NCBI GenBank assembly: GCA_964468815.1
Contig: CAYXWN010000004.1
Coordinates: 164-64,163, forward strand
DNA length: 64,000 nucleotides
Reading direction: 5' to 3'
From: an uncultured Clostridia bacterium
GTDB taxonomy: Bacteria > Bacillota > Clostridia > Christensenellales > Borkfalkiaceae
A program made the position numbers and the translations under genes. Under the pieces are notes generated by a model. The model saw nothing but the letters and a program-made list of their open reading frames with translations, had not been told where the DNA came from and made no database searches. Below, in pieces: positions 39,903-49,746 of this stretch. How positions within the stretch are numbered: the first letter of the stretch is position 1; the number at the start of each line of letters is the position of its first letter.

Positions 39903-42900
39903 TTAAATCGAAACGTTTTCTATTTTTTCCTCTGCGCCAAGTCCGTACACGAACACGTCGCTGATTCTCGTACGTGCATTGACCGCTTCAAACGCGAACG
40001 CACCGCCGCGCGCAATGGTATCCGTATACGTGAGAACGGGCTTACCGCTCAAATCGGGACGGGCAGACGCGTTTGCAAATACGCGAACGGTCTTGTTTTG
40101 TACCGCTACCGTCAAATACATTTTACCTACCGCAAACTCGCTCGAAAGTTTATGTGAAGCAACGATTTCCCCGTCTATTTCCACAAACAACTCCTTAGAG
40201 AGCGTCATACCGATTTTCATGATACCGTCGCAATTTTCGCCGTAACCGACCGAACCGCCGAACACGAATGCAAAGTAAATATCCGAACTCGGTTGACTGC
40301 GCTGGAATTGCGACACTTTGAAAGAAACCAAGCAATCGGTAACGCCGTTTGAAAGAACGTACATTTCCGAATTGGGATTATAGATCTCCCCGGACGAAAC
40401 GCTCACTCCGCCGTATACGGGATAATCGTCCGAATAACTTTGACATTGATAATTGCATAAGCGGATCGCCGCTTTATGCGTTTGCCAACGAGGTGCTCCG
40501 CTCGTCGCGGTAAAACCAGAAACCGTAATAACCGTTTCGGCAAGTCCGCCGATCGAAACGGTTAACACCTTGCTATCCGTATATTGTACGAAGATTCGGG
40601 TATCCTTTTCTTTATCGTAATCGGGAATCGTATATTCTTTTACCGCGCTTCCGTTTTGATAAAGTGCAAGTTTTCCGTTCGGATAGAGGCGTACCGAGTT
40701 GTTCTCAGAACCGCCGAACACGAACGCCGCATACGAATCCGCCGACGATTTTACAAACTGTACCATATAGTCCGAACGGAAATAAGTAAATGTCTGCCCT
40801 GCGCGCAACGTTGCCGTTTCCGCATTTGCGTCACTTTGCAACAATCCGCCGTTGGTCATCTTCCAATTACCGCCCGAAACCGAATAGCCGACTACACCGT
40901 ATTCGCCGAAATTAATATTATTGAGCGAGAGAACGCCCTGCCCTGCGTGCGCCGACAAACTGTGTCCGTCGTTTACCGCATCGCCAAAGCAATAATATTC
41001 AAACGTCGCCTCGCCTTTCCCCACGTTGCATACACCGGCGTTCATATCCGAAAAGTTTGCAATCAAATGGCTGCCTAACGTTTGGAACGAACCGTTTACG
41101 GTCTTATACCGTGCTACCCAATTCGCGCCCGTACGTTCGATTTGGAATACAAGTTCACCGCTTACGTCGGGAAGAGAACCGTTCAACATCAACGATCCGT
41201 TTTCCACTAAGCCGAACGCAAGTTTTACGCCGCCGTCCAAATAGGCTCTGCCTGCAAACAAATAACTGTTTGCCGTTTGATAGACAACAACGCCCATCAA
41301 ATCACCGACTTGCTTGGGAGAACCGCTCATCTGCGCTTTTACCGTAAAGTCGCGCATTTGCGCATGCGTTAAGGCAAATACGCCCGTTTCGCTTGCCGCA
41401 AGTTTCAACTTGCCGTTCGCGATGCTCGCTTTTTCTGCTTCTCCCGCATAGAACGTCATCGAATCGGTCGCTTTATCGAACTGCGTGCTGCGTTGATTTT
41501 CTTCCGCGTTCATCGTGAGTACGACGTTTTTCGCCTTTCCCTCACCGTTCACGCCGCCGATTGCAGCGACTCCCTCGTACGACATTTCCACGTAACATTC
41601 GCTGTTCGCTTGTTTTGTTCCGTCTAACGTCACGTAGAAGAGATTATCGTTACTTCTTACAAGTTCGATCTTCTGTCCTGCTTTTATCGTCAACGTAGCC
41701 ACCGTTTTTTCCGTACCGCCGGCACTCTCGCGCGCCTTCACTACTAACTGCGTTCCGCCGATCTCCGCGCCGTAATACGCCGCGTCCGCTTTCTTGCCTG
41801 CGCGCAACGCCGCCAATACGTTCCCTTCCGCGACAAGCGAAAGTCTTGCATTGTTATAGATCGGCAAGGTTGCGAACGAGCCGCTTCCCTCTACCGTCAA
41901 CTCGTCTACGTTCGTCTGACGGATTACGCCGCCCTCTCCGTTTACTTGCCATTTCCCTGCCCAAGCGTTGGACGCTTTATTGGTAAGCAACGCGCCGTAC
42001 GGCATTACGTCGATCGTAATTTTTCCGTCTTGCACGGTATAAGAATTTCCCGAAAGATAATCGTAAATCTTCTCGCCGTTTTTCACTTCCATCGTGTGAA
42101 CGTCAAGTTCTAAGCCCTTGCAGACGTTCCCCGTTGGATTTAAGATCGTCAAAATGGACGTTCCTTGATACGAACGCTGGTATTTTAATAAAAGATTCGT
42201 TTCGTCTACACCCAGTTTGCGAATGATTCCGTACTTAAATAAATCTTTATTCTCTGCACGAAATTGTCCGAGTGCTTTATATAAGTTAAAAATATCGTAG
42301 TTCCAAGTCGTTCTGTCCCAATTCATGGACTCGAAAAAGGAATGGTCGTACCGACTTGTCATTCCGATTTCCTCCCCGTAGAAAAGGGAGGGTGCGCCCA
42401 TATACGTCATCAATAACAGATGAACGGACGTCGCCTTGCTTACATTTCCGTTGGCTGCGTTTTCGTCAAGTAAACGCATCGTATCATGGTCTGCGGAAAT
42501 CGTGTAAAGCGACAATCCCGTTGCGCGCGGCAACGTCGCTACCGTGTTAAAGCAATTTTCTTCCAAACTAGCCAAGGTGTCCGCGGAAACTTGCGCCGAC
42601 GCAAATCTGCGAACGCCTGCTAAAAATTCTTGACTCCAATAGGTATCCGCCGCATAATCAGTGTACATGGTAGAGGCCGACGCGTTTTCAATACACAGCA
42701 AGGAATCGGGCGCAACCTCTTTCATATACTTACGCATATCCTGAATAACCTTCGTTCCGTTGGTATTCGTTCCTCCGAACAGAACGGAGGAATCCAAACG
42801 CCAACCGTCCAAGCCGAATTCCGTCAAATAATACTGCATGACCGAATCGGGAGAAGAGTAAACTAAACGTTGCGAAGTTGCCTTTCCCAAATCAATAATC

Positions 42901-43946
42901 GGGCCGAACTGATTGGACTGAATTTTCCCGTTTTGATCGCGCGCAAATACCGAATAATACGGAGAAGAGAGATTTTCGGCATTTTCGGTAAACCAAGTGT
43001 TTCCCCCGTTTACGTAAATGGAATTGGTTACCAAAAACGCAAACACGCCGTCCATCATGAATTTCATATCGTTCGCGTGCAATTCGTCCGTTAAGATACG
43101 CAACATTTCTTCGCTTCCGAACGTAGAATCCAAATTCGTGAGATCGAACGCGCCGTATCCGGCATTGTGATTTGCAAGCCAAATGGGATTGATGTAAACC
43201 CCGTCTATGTTCAACTCATTGAAAAAATCGATTTTTTCGTACAATCCCTTCAAGTCTCCGCCGAAATAATCCAAGCCGCCGGTGTGCGTGAGCCCCCAAA
43301 CGTCTTGAGTGATTCCTCCGCCGTACTTATCCGAGAACGTTTCTCCGTTGAAAAAACTATCCGGCATGGCGGAATACCACAACGCGCCCTTAGACCAATC
43401 GGGTGTGGAGAAGTTGATTTGCGACAAAAAATCATGAGAGAGAGTTTCGGGAAACCCCGTTTCGCTCTCCTTGCTCTGCTGCATATTGTAACAAACAGAG
43501 CCTACGTTGTTTTTCACAACGAAGTGGTAACGGTACGAGGTACTTTGCGGAGGGACTTCGCATTTATAATAATCGTAGTAGCCGTTTACGTCCGCATAGT
43601 CGAATTCCATGGGAACGTCGTTCCAAGCACATTCTTCCGCACTCGCCTTGCTCAAATCCGTTGTGTAACGCAAGGTTACTTCCGTCGCGTTTTTACGACG
43701 AACACGTAACCGCATTGTAACGGTATCGGTATCTTTCGGTTCGATATGCGAAACGTACACGTCCCCGATATCGTGGAATATTTCACCCGTAACGATCGGC
43801 TCGTCTACAAGGGATACGGCATCGTCCGTCTGTGTTCCGCCGCAACCGATCACGCATAAACTCGCGCACAAAAATACGCAAACCGAGCATACAATCAATA
43901 ATAAGTTTTTCGCTTTATAAAACATCGCGTTTTCCCCTTTTCGCAT
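39903..43946 (-). CDS. Surface lipoprotein alpha-amylase-family enzyme (GH13, neopullulanase/cyclomaltodextrinase-like N-terminal half) with ~650-aa C-terminal extension (copy A)
   Basis: Lipobox VIGC. GH13 regions seen: DGVFAF, DGWRLDS, CIEN and SADHD. The C-terminal half consists of LamG/jelly-roll-like modules. The start codon ATG at 43946 overlaps the upstream stop (TAATG); the ATG at 43925 is an alternative. Confidence 0.88.
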   Translation of the reverse strand: MRKGENAMFYKAKNLLLIVCSVCVFLCASLCVIGCGGTQTDDAVSLVDEPIVTGEIFHDIGDVYVSHIEPKDTDTVTMRLRVRRKNATEVTLRYTTDLSKASAEECAWNDVPMEFDYADVNGYYDYYKCEVPPQSTSYRYHFVVKNNVGSVCYNMQQSKESETGFPETLSHDFLSQINFSTPDWSKGALWYSAMPDSFFNGETFSDKYGGGITQDVWGLTHTGGLDYFGGDLKGLYEKIDFFNELNIDGVYINPIWLANHNAGYGAFDLTNLDSTFGSEEMLRILTDELHANDMKFMMDGVFAFLVTNSIYVNGGNTWFTENAENLSSPYYSVFARDQNGKIQSNQFGPIIDLGKATSQRLVYSSPDSVMQYYLTEFGLDGWRLDSSVLFGGTNTNGTKVIQDMRKYMKEVAPDSLLCIENASASTMYTDYAADTYWSQEFLAGVRRFASAQVSADTLASLEENCFNTVATLPRATGLSLYTISADHDTMRLLDENAANGNVSKATSVHLLLMTYMGAPSLFYGEEIGMTSRYDHSFFESMNWDRTTWNYDIFNLYKALGQFRAENKDLFKYGIIRKLGVDETNLLLKYQRSYQGTSILTILNPTGNVCKGLELDVHTMEVKNGEKIYDYLSGNSYTVQDGKITIDVMPYGALLTNKASNAWAGKWQVNGEGGVIRQTNVDELTVEGSGSFATLPIYNNARLSLVAEGNVLAALRAGKKADAAYYGAEIGGTQLVVKARESAGGTEKTVATLTIKAGQKIELVRSNDNLFYVTLDGTKQANSECYVEMSYEGVAAIGGVNGEGKAKNVVLTMNAEENQRSTQFDKATDSMTFYAGEAEKASIANGKLKLAASETGVFALTHAQMRDFTVKAQMSGSPKQVGDLMGVVVYQTANSYLFAGRAYLDGGVKLAFGLVENGSLMLNGSLPDVSGELVFQIERTGANWVARYKTVNGSFQTLGSHLIANFSDMNAGVCNVGKGEATFEYYCFGDAVNDGHSLSAHAGQGVLSLNNINFGEYGVVGYSVSGGNWKMTNGGLLQSDANAETATLRAGQTFTYFRSDYMVQFVKSSADSYAAFVFGGSENNSVRLYPNGKLALYQNGSAVKEYTIPDYDKEKDTRIFVQYTDSKVLTVSIGGLAETVITVSGFTATSGAPRWQTHKAAIRLCNYQCQSYSDDYPVYGGVSVSSGEIYNPNSEMYVLSNGVTDCLVSFKVSQFQRSQPSSDIYFAFVFGGSVGYGENCDGIMKIGMTLSKELFVEIDGEIVASHKLSSEFAVGKMYLTVAVQNKTVRVFANASARPDLSGKPVLTYTDTIARGGAFAFEAVNARTRISDVFVYGLGAEEKIENVSI
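41277..42118. repeat. 842-bp segment 100% identical to 45266-46107 (copy A side)
   Basis: Compared line by line at a constant offset of 3989, with no mismatch seen. The first mismatches are at 41276/45265 and 42119/46108. Confidence 0.93.
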
Positions 43947-46900
43947 TAAGCGAATTTACGGTTTTGATAAACCGCGGTCGATTCATAGTTTTCGCTTTCT
44001 CTCATTCCGTACACGTTAAAATCGGAATGTTCAAATCTGCCGTTTACGCCGTATACGCTTACTAAGCCGCCGCAAGCACACTTCGTATCATATTCCACGA
44101 CGGGATTTGCCGAGAACGTGCCGTCGTTCGCTTGATCGACGAACAGTTTTATCGTTCCGTCCTGCACGACCAAAGTCAAGTATACGGTAACGTTTTTGTA
44201 GGCAGATCCAAGATTTACGCTAGCAAGTTTTTCTCCGTTGTACGAAATGTACGCTTCTTGACGGGAACTAATCCCTGCAAAGTATGCGTCCTTTACACCG
44301 CCGTTAGACGAACCGCCGAACGCAAACCCGAGTTCCGCTCTGTTCAAAATATTCGTCTGTTGAATCGTGGTAATCTTCAACGTTGCCACGAACTCCGTCG
44401 CGTATGCAAGATTATGAGAAGCCGTATAACTTTGGAACTGCATATCCGCGATTTTATAAGAAGCCTTACTTCCCTCGATATAAACCGCGCCGACTTGATA
44501 ATCGGTGAGCACCGTGTGGAAGATCAATTCCATTTCCGTCCCTACGTAAACGGACAGTCTGCCGCTATCGGTCATAACCGCAATGATACGCAAAGGTTGT
44601 TCGGTTACGTTCTGCACGGTATGGCTTCCTAAGGATTTCGTTCCGTTCAGCAATTCGATCTTTCCGCTTTGTTCGAAGCGCAGAGAATAATCTCCGCCGA
44701 ACCGCAAAGCAACGTTGCCGCCCTGTCCTGCTTTATAAATCACGACCGAATAGTCTGCTCTGAACCCCTTAAAAGAGCCTTGCGTGTTTTTCAACGTCGT
44801 TGTTGCCGCCGTTTCGTCACTCTGCAAGAAGCCTCCCTGCACCATTTCCCAAGTGCCGCCTTCCGTCCGATACGCCACAACCGAATACGAGCCGGACTGC
44901 CCCGACCAACGGTTGACGTTACCGTATCCTGCATGTGCAGACAAACTGTGTCCGTCGTTTACCGCGTCGCCGAAGCAATAATATTCAAACGTTGCTTCAC
45001 CCGTCCCCAAATTGAACACACCTGCGTTCATATCCGAAAAGTTCGCGCACAAGCCCTCTGCCAACAAAGTAAAGGATTCTTGTTCGGGCGTTTTATATCT
45101 CGCCGTCCAATAAGCGCCGAGTCTTTCCAGCTGTATCACGATATCGCCGCTTACGTCTGTCTCTTCGGCAAATATCGTAACTTGTCCGTTCACGGATTGT
45201 CCCAAAACGAGTTTCACGCTTCCGTCTAAATAGGCTCTGCCTGCAAACACGTAATTATTTGCCGATTGATAGACAACAACGCCCATCAAATCACCGACTT
45301 GCTTGGGAGAACCGCTCATCTGCGCTTTTACCGTAAAGTCGCGCATTTGCGCATGCGTTAAGGCAAATACGCCCGTTTCGCTTGCCGCAAGTTTCAACTT
45401 GCCGTTCGCGATGCTCGCTTTTTCTGCTTCTCCCGCATAGAACGTCATCGAATCGGTCGCTTTATCGAACTGCGTGCTGCGTTGATTTTCTTCCGCGTTC
45501 ATCGTGAGTACGACGTTTTTCGCCTTTCCCTCACCGTTCACGCCGCCGATTGCAGCGACTCCCTCGTACGACATTTCCACGTAACATTCGCTGTTCGCTT
45601 GTTTTGTTCCGTCTAACGTCACGTAGAAGAGATTATCGTTACTTCTTACAAGTTCGATCTTCTGTCCTGCTTTTATCGTCAACGTAGCCACCGTTTTTTC
45701 CGTACCGCCGGCACTCTCGCGCGCCTTCACTACTAACTGCGTTCCGCCGATCTCCGCGCCGTAATACGCCGCGTCCGCTTTCTTGCCTGCGCGCAACGCC
45801 GCCAATACGTTCCCTTCCGCGACAAGCGAAAGTCTTGCATTGTTATAGATCGGCAAGGTTGCGAACGAGCCGCTTCCCTCTACCGTCAACTCGTCTACGT
45901 TCGTCTGACGGATTACGCCGCCCTCTCCGTTTACTTGCCATTTCCCTGCCCAAGCGTTGGACGCTTTATTGGTAAGCAACGCGCCGTACGGCATTACGTC
46001 GATCGTAATTTTTCCGTCTTGCACGGTATAAGAATTTCCCGAAAGATAATCGTAAATCTTCTCGCCGTTTTTCACTTCCATCGTGTGAACGTCAAGTTCT
46101 AAGCCCTGACATACGTCGCCGTTGGGGTTTAAGATCGTCAAAATGGACGTTCCTTGATACGCACGTTGATATTTTAACAAGAGATTTTCTTCGTCTACAC
46201 CCAAAGCGCGAAGCGTGCCGTACTTGAACACTCCTTCGTTTTCGCTACGGAACTGTCCCAACGATTTGATCATGTTAAAAATATCGTAATTATAGGTGCT
46301 TCTATCCCAATTCATTCCAACAAAGAAGCGGTTCACGTCCAGCGTGCCGGTTTCTTCCCCGTAGAAAATAGTGGGAGAGCCCATGTACGTCATTACCATT
46401 AAATACAACGACTGCGCTTTTTGAACGTCACCGTCCATCAATTCCAAAATACGGGAACAGTCGTGATTGGTCAGCATATTATAACTGGAATGCGCTACCG
46501 AACGCGGAAGTCCCAACACGGCTTCGTACAGATTGGAAGAAAGCAAATTCAACGTGGATTTGTTGATTTTTCCGTCCATAAACGCTTCTACCGCTTTTAA
46601 GAACCGTTGATTCCAATAGGTATCCGCCGCATAATTGGTATACATACCTGCTTCGTTTGCATTTTCCAAGCAAAGTAACGAATCGGGAGCGACTTCTTTC
46701 ATATACTTACGCATATCTTGAATCATCTGCGTACCCGTTCTGCCATCGGATGCAACGAATAAAATAGCAGAGTCCAAACGCCACCCGTCTACCCCACATT
46801 CGGTCACGTAATATTGCATGATGGAATCGGGTGTAGAATAAATCAACTTTTGCGCTTCCTCGCTTGCAAAGTCTACCACGTATCCGAATTGGTTCGTCTG

Positions 46901-47950
46901 CAAATTACCTTGCGTATCGCGCATGAATACACTGTAATAATCATTTTCCGAACCTCTTCCCTCGGTGGGCCAAAGGTTGGAAGAATTTACGTATTTGGAA
47001 TTTCCTACGAAATAATTGAATACGCCGTCGAACATCAGCCGCATATTGTTGTTATGCAATTCTTCGGTCAGTTTTTTCAGCATTTGCTCGTTACCGAAAG
47101 TAGAGTCAAGCAACGTGCCGTCGAAAAATCCGTAGCCTGCGTTATGATTGGCAAGCCATACGGGATTGATAAAGAGCGCCGTACAATTAAGTTCTTTCAA
47201 ATAATCAATTTGATCGTACAATCCTTGCATATCGCCGCCGAAATATCCCAAACCGCCGGAATGAACCGTTCCCCACGGAGTCTGCGAAATCGCGCCGCCG
47301 TATTTATCCCCCGTCGGATCGGAATTGTAAAAACTGTCCGGCATAGCGGAATACCACAACGCGCCCTTAGACCAATCGGGTGTGGAAAAATTAACCTGCA
47401 AGAGGAAATCCTTGCTGAATCCGTTAAACGGATTGATATAATTCCCACTAGAATCCTTTGTCGTAAGTTCGATATCTCTGCCTGCGTAAAACGCCGTTTG
47501 CTTGTTGTTCGACACAACGAAGTGATAGCGATATGCCGAAGGCTGCGCGGGAATCACTCCCTTATAATAATCGTAATACTTGTTTACGTCAGCCTTTTCA
47601 AAGGTAAGAGGCGCGCTCTTCCATTCGATTCCGTCGCCGCTAACCTTGTCAAGGTCGGTCGTCCACTCAACGGTCACGTTCGTCACGTTTCCGCGGCGAA
47701 CGCGTAACCGCACGGTAACGTCCTCTTGATCCGTCGGTTCAAAAGTAGAAAGATACACGTCGCCTTGATCGTGAAAAATTTCTTCCGTTATAAGATTTTC
47801 GTTAACCAATTCGTCCGACGGTTGCTCGGTTACCTCGCCGCCCTCTCCGTTATTGCACCCGATCAAGCCAACCGCCGCGCAAAACAACACGAATGAAAAC
47901 AATAATAACAAAAATCCTCTGATTGATTGATAAGTTTTTGCAGTTTTCAA
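43946..47950 (-). CDS. Surface lipoprotein GH13 enzyme with long C-terminal extension (copy B)
   Basis: 1334 aa from a TTG start at 47950 preceded by AGGAGGGG. Lipobox LIGC. GH13 regions seen: DGVFNY, DGWRLDS, CLEN and TNHD. Confidence 0.88.
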   Translation of the reverse strand: MKTAKTYQSIRGFLLLLFSFVLFCAAVGLIGCNNGEGGEVTEQPSDELVNENLITEEIFHDQGDVYLSTFEPTDQEDVTVRLRVRRGNVTNVTVEWTTDLDKVSGDGIEWKSAPLTFEKADVNKYYDYYKGVIPAQPSAYRYHFVVSNNKQTAFYAGRDIELTTKDSSGNYINPFNGFSKDFLLQVNFSTPDWSKGALWYSAMPDSFYNSDPTGDKYGGAISQTPWGTVHSGGLGYFGGDMQGLYDQIDYLKELNCTALFINPVWLANHNAGYGFFDGTLLDSTFGNEQMLKKLTEELHNNNMRLMFDGVFNYFVGNSKYVNSSNLWPTEGRGSENDYYSVFMRDTQGNLQTNQFGYVVDFASEEAQKLIYSTPDSIMQYYVTECGVDGWRLDSAILFVASDGRTGTQMIQDMRKYMKEVAPDSLLCLENANEAGMYTNYAADTYWNQRFLKAVEAFMDGKINKSTLNLLSSNLYEAVLGLPRSVAHSSYNMLTNHDCSRILELMDGDVQKAQSLYLMVMTYMGSPTIFYGEETGTLDVNRFFVGMNWDRSTYNYDIFNMIKSLGQFRSENEGVFKYGTLRALGVDEENLLLKYQRAYQGTSILTILNPNGDVCQGLELDVHTMEVKNGEKIYDYLSGNSYTVQDGKITIDVMPYGALLTNKASNAWAGKWQVNGEGGVIRQTNVDELTVEGSGSFATLPIYNNARLSLVAEGNVLAALRAGKKADAAYYGAEIGGTQLVVKARESAGGTEKTVATLTIKAGQKIELVRSNDNLFYVTLDGTKQANSECYVEMSYEGVAAIGGVNGEGKAKNVVLTMNAEENQRSTQFDKATDSMTFYAGEAEKASIANGKLKLAASETGVFALTHAQMRDFTVKAQMSGSPKQVGDLMGVVVYQSANNYVFAGRAYLDGSVKLVLGQSVNGQVTIFAEETDVSGDIVIQLERLGAYWTARYKTPEQESFTLLAEGLCANFSDMNAGVFNLGTGEATFEYYCFGDAVNDGHSLSAHAGYGNVNRWSGQSGSYSVVAYRTEGGTWEMVQGGFLQSDETAATTTLKNTQGSFKGFRADYSVVIYKAGQGGNVALRFGGDYSLRFEQSGKIELLNGTKSLGSHTVQNVTEQPLRIIAVMTDSGRLSVYVGTEMELIFHTVLTDYQVGAVYIEGSKASYKIADMQFQSYTASHNLAYATEFVATLKITTIQQTNILNRAELGFAFGGSSNGGVKDAYFAGISSRQEAYISYNGEKLASVNLGSAYKNVTVYLTLVVQDGTIKLFVDQANDGTFSANPVVEYDTKCACGGLVSVYGVNGRFEHSDFNVYGMRESENYESTAVYQNRKFA
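45266..46107. repeat. 842-bp segment 100% identical to 41277-42118 (copy B side)
   Basis: Same comparison as for 41277-42118. The block is in frame in both genes. Confidence 0.93.
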
Positions 47951-47977
47951 GTTTTCCCCTCCTGTTTTTATTCGATT

Positions 47978-48838
47978 TTACCCTTTTACCGCGCCTGCCG
48001 CTACGCCGTTCAAAAAGTATTTCGAGAAGAACGAATAGATCAGCAAGATCGGAATACACATGATGACGAGTCCTGCACACAAAACGCCGTACATCGAACC
48101 GTTTTGCGCCTGAAAATTAATTAGTGCAAGCGGTAACGTTTGCGCCTTTGCGTTGGTCGGCAACACAATAAAAGGCCAAAAGAAATCATTCCAATAAGAA
48201 GTAAAGGTCGTAATCGCTACGTACGACAGTACGGGTTTGATCAAAACGAAATCGATATGGAAGAAAATTTGCCACACCGTCGCCCCGTCCAAACTTGCCG
48301 CCTCATGCAAATCGTTCGGAATATTTTTTACGTAAGTAACGCCTAAAAACACTCCCGTACCAGAAATCGCAATCATCGCCGGCAATAACAACGCCCACAG
48401 CGAATCGATCAATCCGAGTTCGCGCATCATCAAAAACAACGGGATTGTCGTTACTTCGCCGCTGATAAACATCGTAAACAACAGCATGTAGAATATAATC
48501 GCCGATCCCTTGTACTTCAACACGCCGATCGCAAAGATCGTGAGCGCCGTGGTAAAAGTTTGGACCACGACCGCTGCCGCCGATACGGTAAAGCTGTTGA
48601 TTACGTTGGTGGAAAACCCTCCTTTCACCCACGCGTCCGAATAATTTTCGGGGTGGGCGAAAGAAAGGGAAAAAGGAGATTTTATGAATTCCCCACGCGT
48701 TTTGAACGACGTACTCAAAACGAACAATAGCGGATATAAAATAGCGATTGTAATAAGCGTTATAATGATTCCGAGGATAATATTAACGATCAGATCGATG
48801 CGTTTTTGTCTTGTAAGGCTCGCTTCTTTCTCACTCAT
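47978..48838 (-). CDS. Carbohydrate ABC transporter permease (MalG-like)
   Basis: 286 aa. The EAA loop is HEAASLDGATVWQIFFHIDFVLIKP. Confidence 0.9.
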   Translation of the reverse strand: MSEKEASLTRQKRIDLIVNIILGIIITLITIAILYPLLFVLSTSFKTRGEFIKSPFSLSFAHPENYSDAWVKGGFSTNVINSFTVSAAAVVVQTFTTALTIFAIGVLKYKGSAIIFYMLLFTMFISGEVTTIPLFLMMRELGLIDSLWALLLPAMIAISGTGVFLGVTYVKNIPNDLHEAASLDGATVWQIFFHIDFVLIKPVLSYVAITTFTSYWNDFFWPFIVLPTNAKAQTLPLALINFQAQNGSMYGVLCAGLVIMCIPILLIYSFFSKYFLNGVAAGAVKG

Positions 48839-49730
48839 AAATACTTTCCACCTTTGCCATTAACTTGTTCGTAACCACCGTAAACGCTCCTAAAATAATC
48901 GATAACATAAAGGACATTACGATTGCCCACCCCATGCGGTTCATTTTAAACGCATAGTTATAGATAATCAAACCGACCGGTCTTGTTTCCGGCATAGTAC
49001 CGCCTTCCAACATAAAGAACATATCGAAAGATTTCATTCCGCCGACAAACGAAAGGACCAAATTCATTTTGGTTGCCGAAATCGTCAACGGAAAAATAAA
49101 ACGCCACAAAATCGTCCAGCGGTTTGCCCCGTCTATGGTTGCTCCTTCCAAAACCTCTTTGGAAACGGCGTTCATATTAACGAAGTATAAAACCATGGTA
49201 ACGCCTACAAAACGCCACGTGTTTGCGATAATGATAGACCAAAACGCAATATTCGGATCGTTCAGCCAAAGAACCTGCTCCCAGCCGAGTAATCCCCAAA
49301 TTTTTGCAAGCAAACCGACGTCGTATTCATAGATAAAACGCCACATGACGGCAACGACCGTACTCGGTAAAACGCACGGAATGTACAACAAAACTCTGTA
49401 CACCGATTGTAAGCGTTTTCCCATGGAATACAACAGATATGCAAGGAAAAAGCCTAAAACCGTTTGGAGAAGGGTAGAAATAAAGGAAAATTTCCCGGCA
49501 ACCCAAATTCCGTTCCAAAAATCGCCTGCATATTCCGAAAACAGCCACACGTAATTTTGAAAACTATTCCATTTCAAATTGGTAACGGTACCGCGTATTC
49601 CCGTAAAACTCAAAAAAAACGAAAACACAATCGGATATGCAATTAAACAGAGCACGCTGACGATCGCAGGAATGGACATAACCCATCCGTAAATCGTCCG
49701 TTGCCTATTGAAAGCCTTCGTATTTAACAT
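48831..49730 (-). CDS. Carbohydrate ABC transporter permease (MalF-like)
   Basis: About 299 aa from the ATG at 49730, preceded by GAGAGGA. The EAA loop is LEGATIDGANRWTILWRFIFPL. It has an 8-bp overlap with the next gene. Confidence 0.9.
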   Translation of the reverse strand: MLNTKAFNRQRTIYGWVMSIPAIVSVLCLIAYPIVFSFFLSFTGIRGTVTNLKWNSFQNYVWLFSEYAGDFWNGIWVAGKFSFISTLLQTVLGFFLAYLLYSMGKRLQSVYRVLLYIPCVLPSTVVAVMWRFIYEYDVGLLAKIWGLLGWEQVLWLNDPNIAFWSIIIANTWRFVGVTMVLYFVNMNAVSKEVLEGATIDGANRWTILWRFIFPLTISATKMNLVLSFVGGMKSFDMFFMLEGGTMPETRPVGLIIYNYAFKMNRMGWAIVMSFMLSIILGAFTVVTNKLMAKVESIYE

Positions 49731-49746
49731 CGAGTCCTCTCTTTCT

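Noticed and set aside
41277-42118. The 842-bp perfect repeat as a mobile element, or as a template/variable repeat pair of a diversity-generating retroelement.
   Set aside because: There are no transposase, reverse transcriptase or terminal repeats. The copies are identical rather than differing at adenines, and the block is in frame inside homologous genes. Gene conversion or an assembly artefact fits better.
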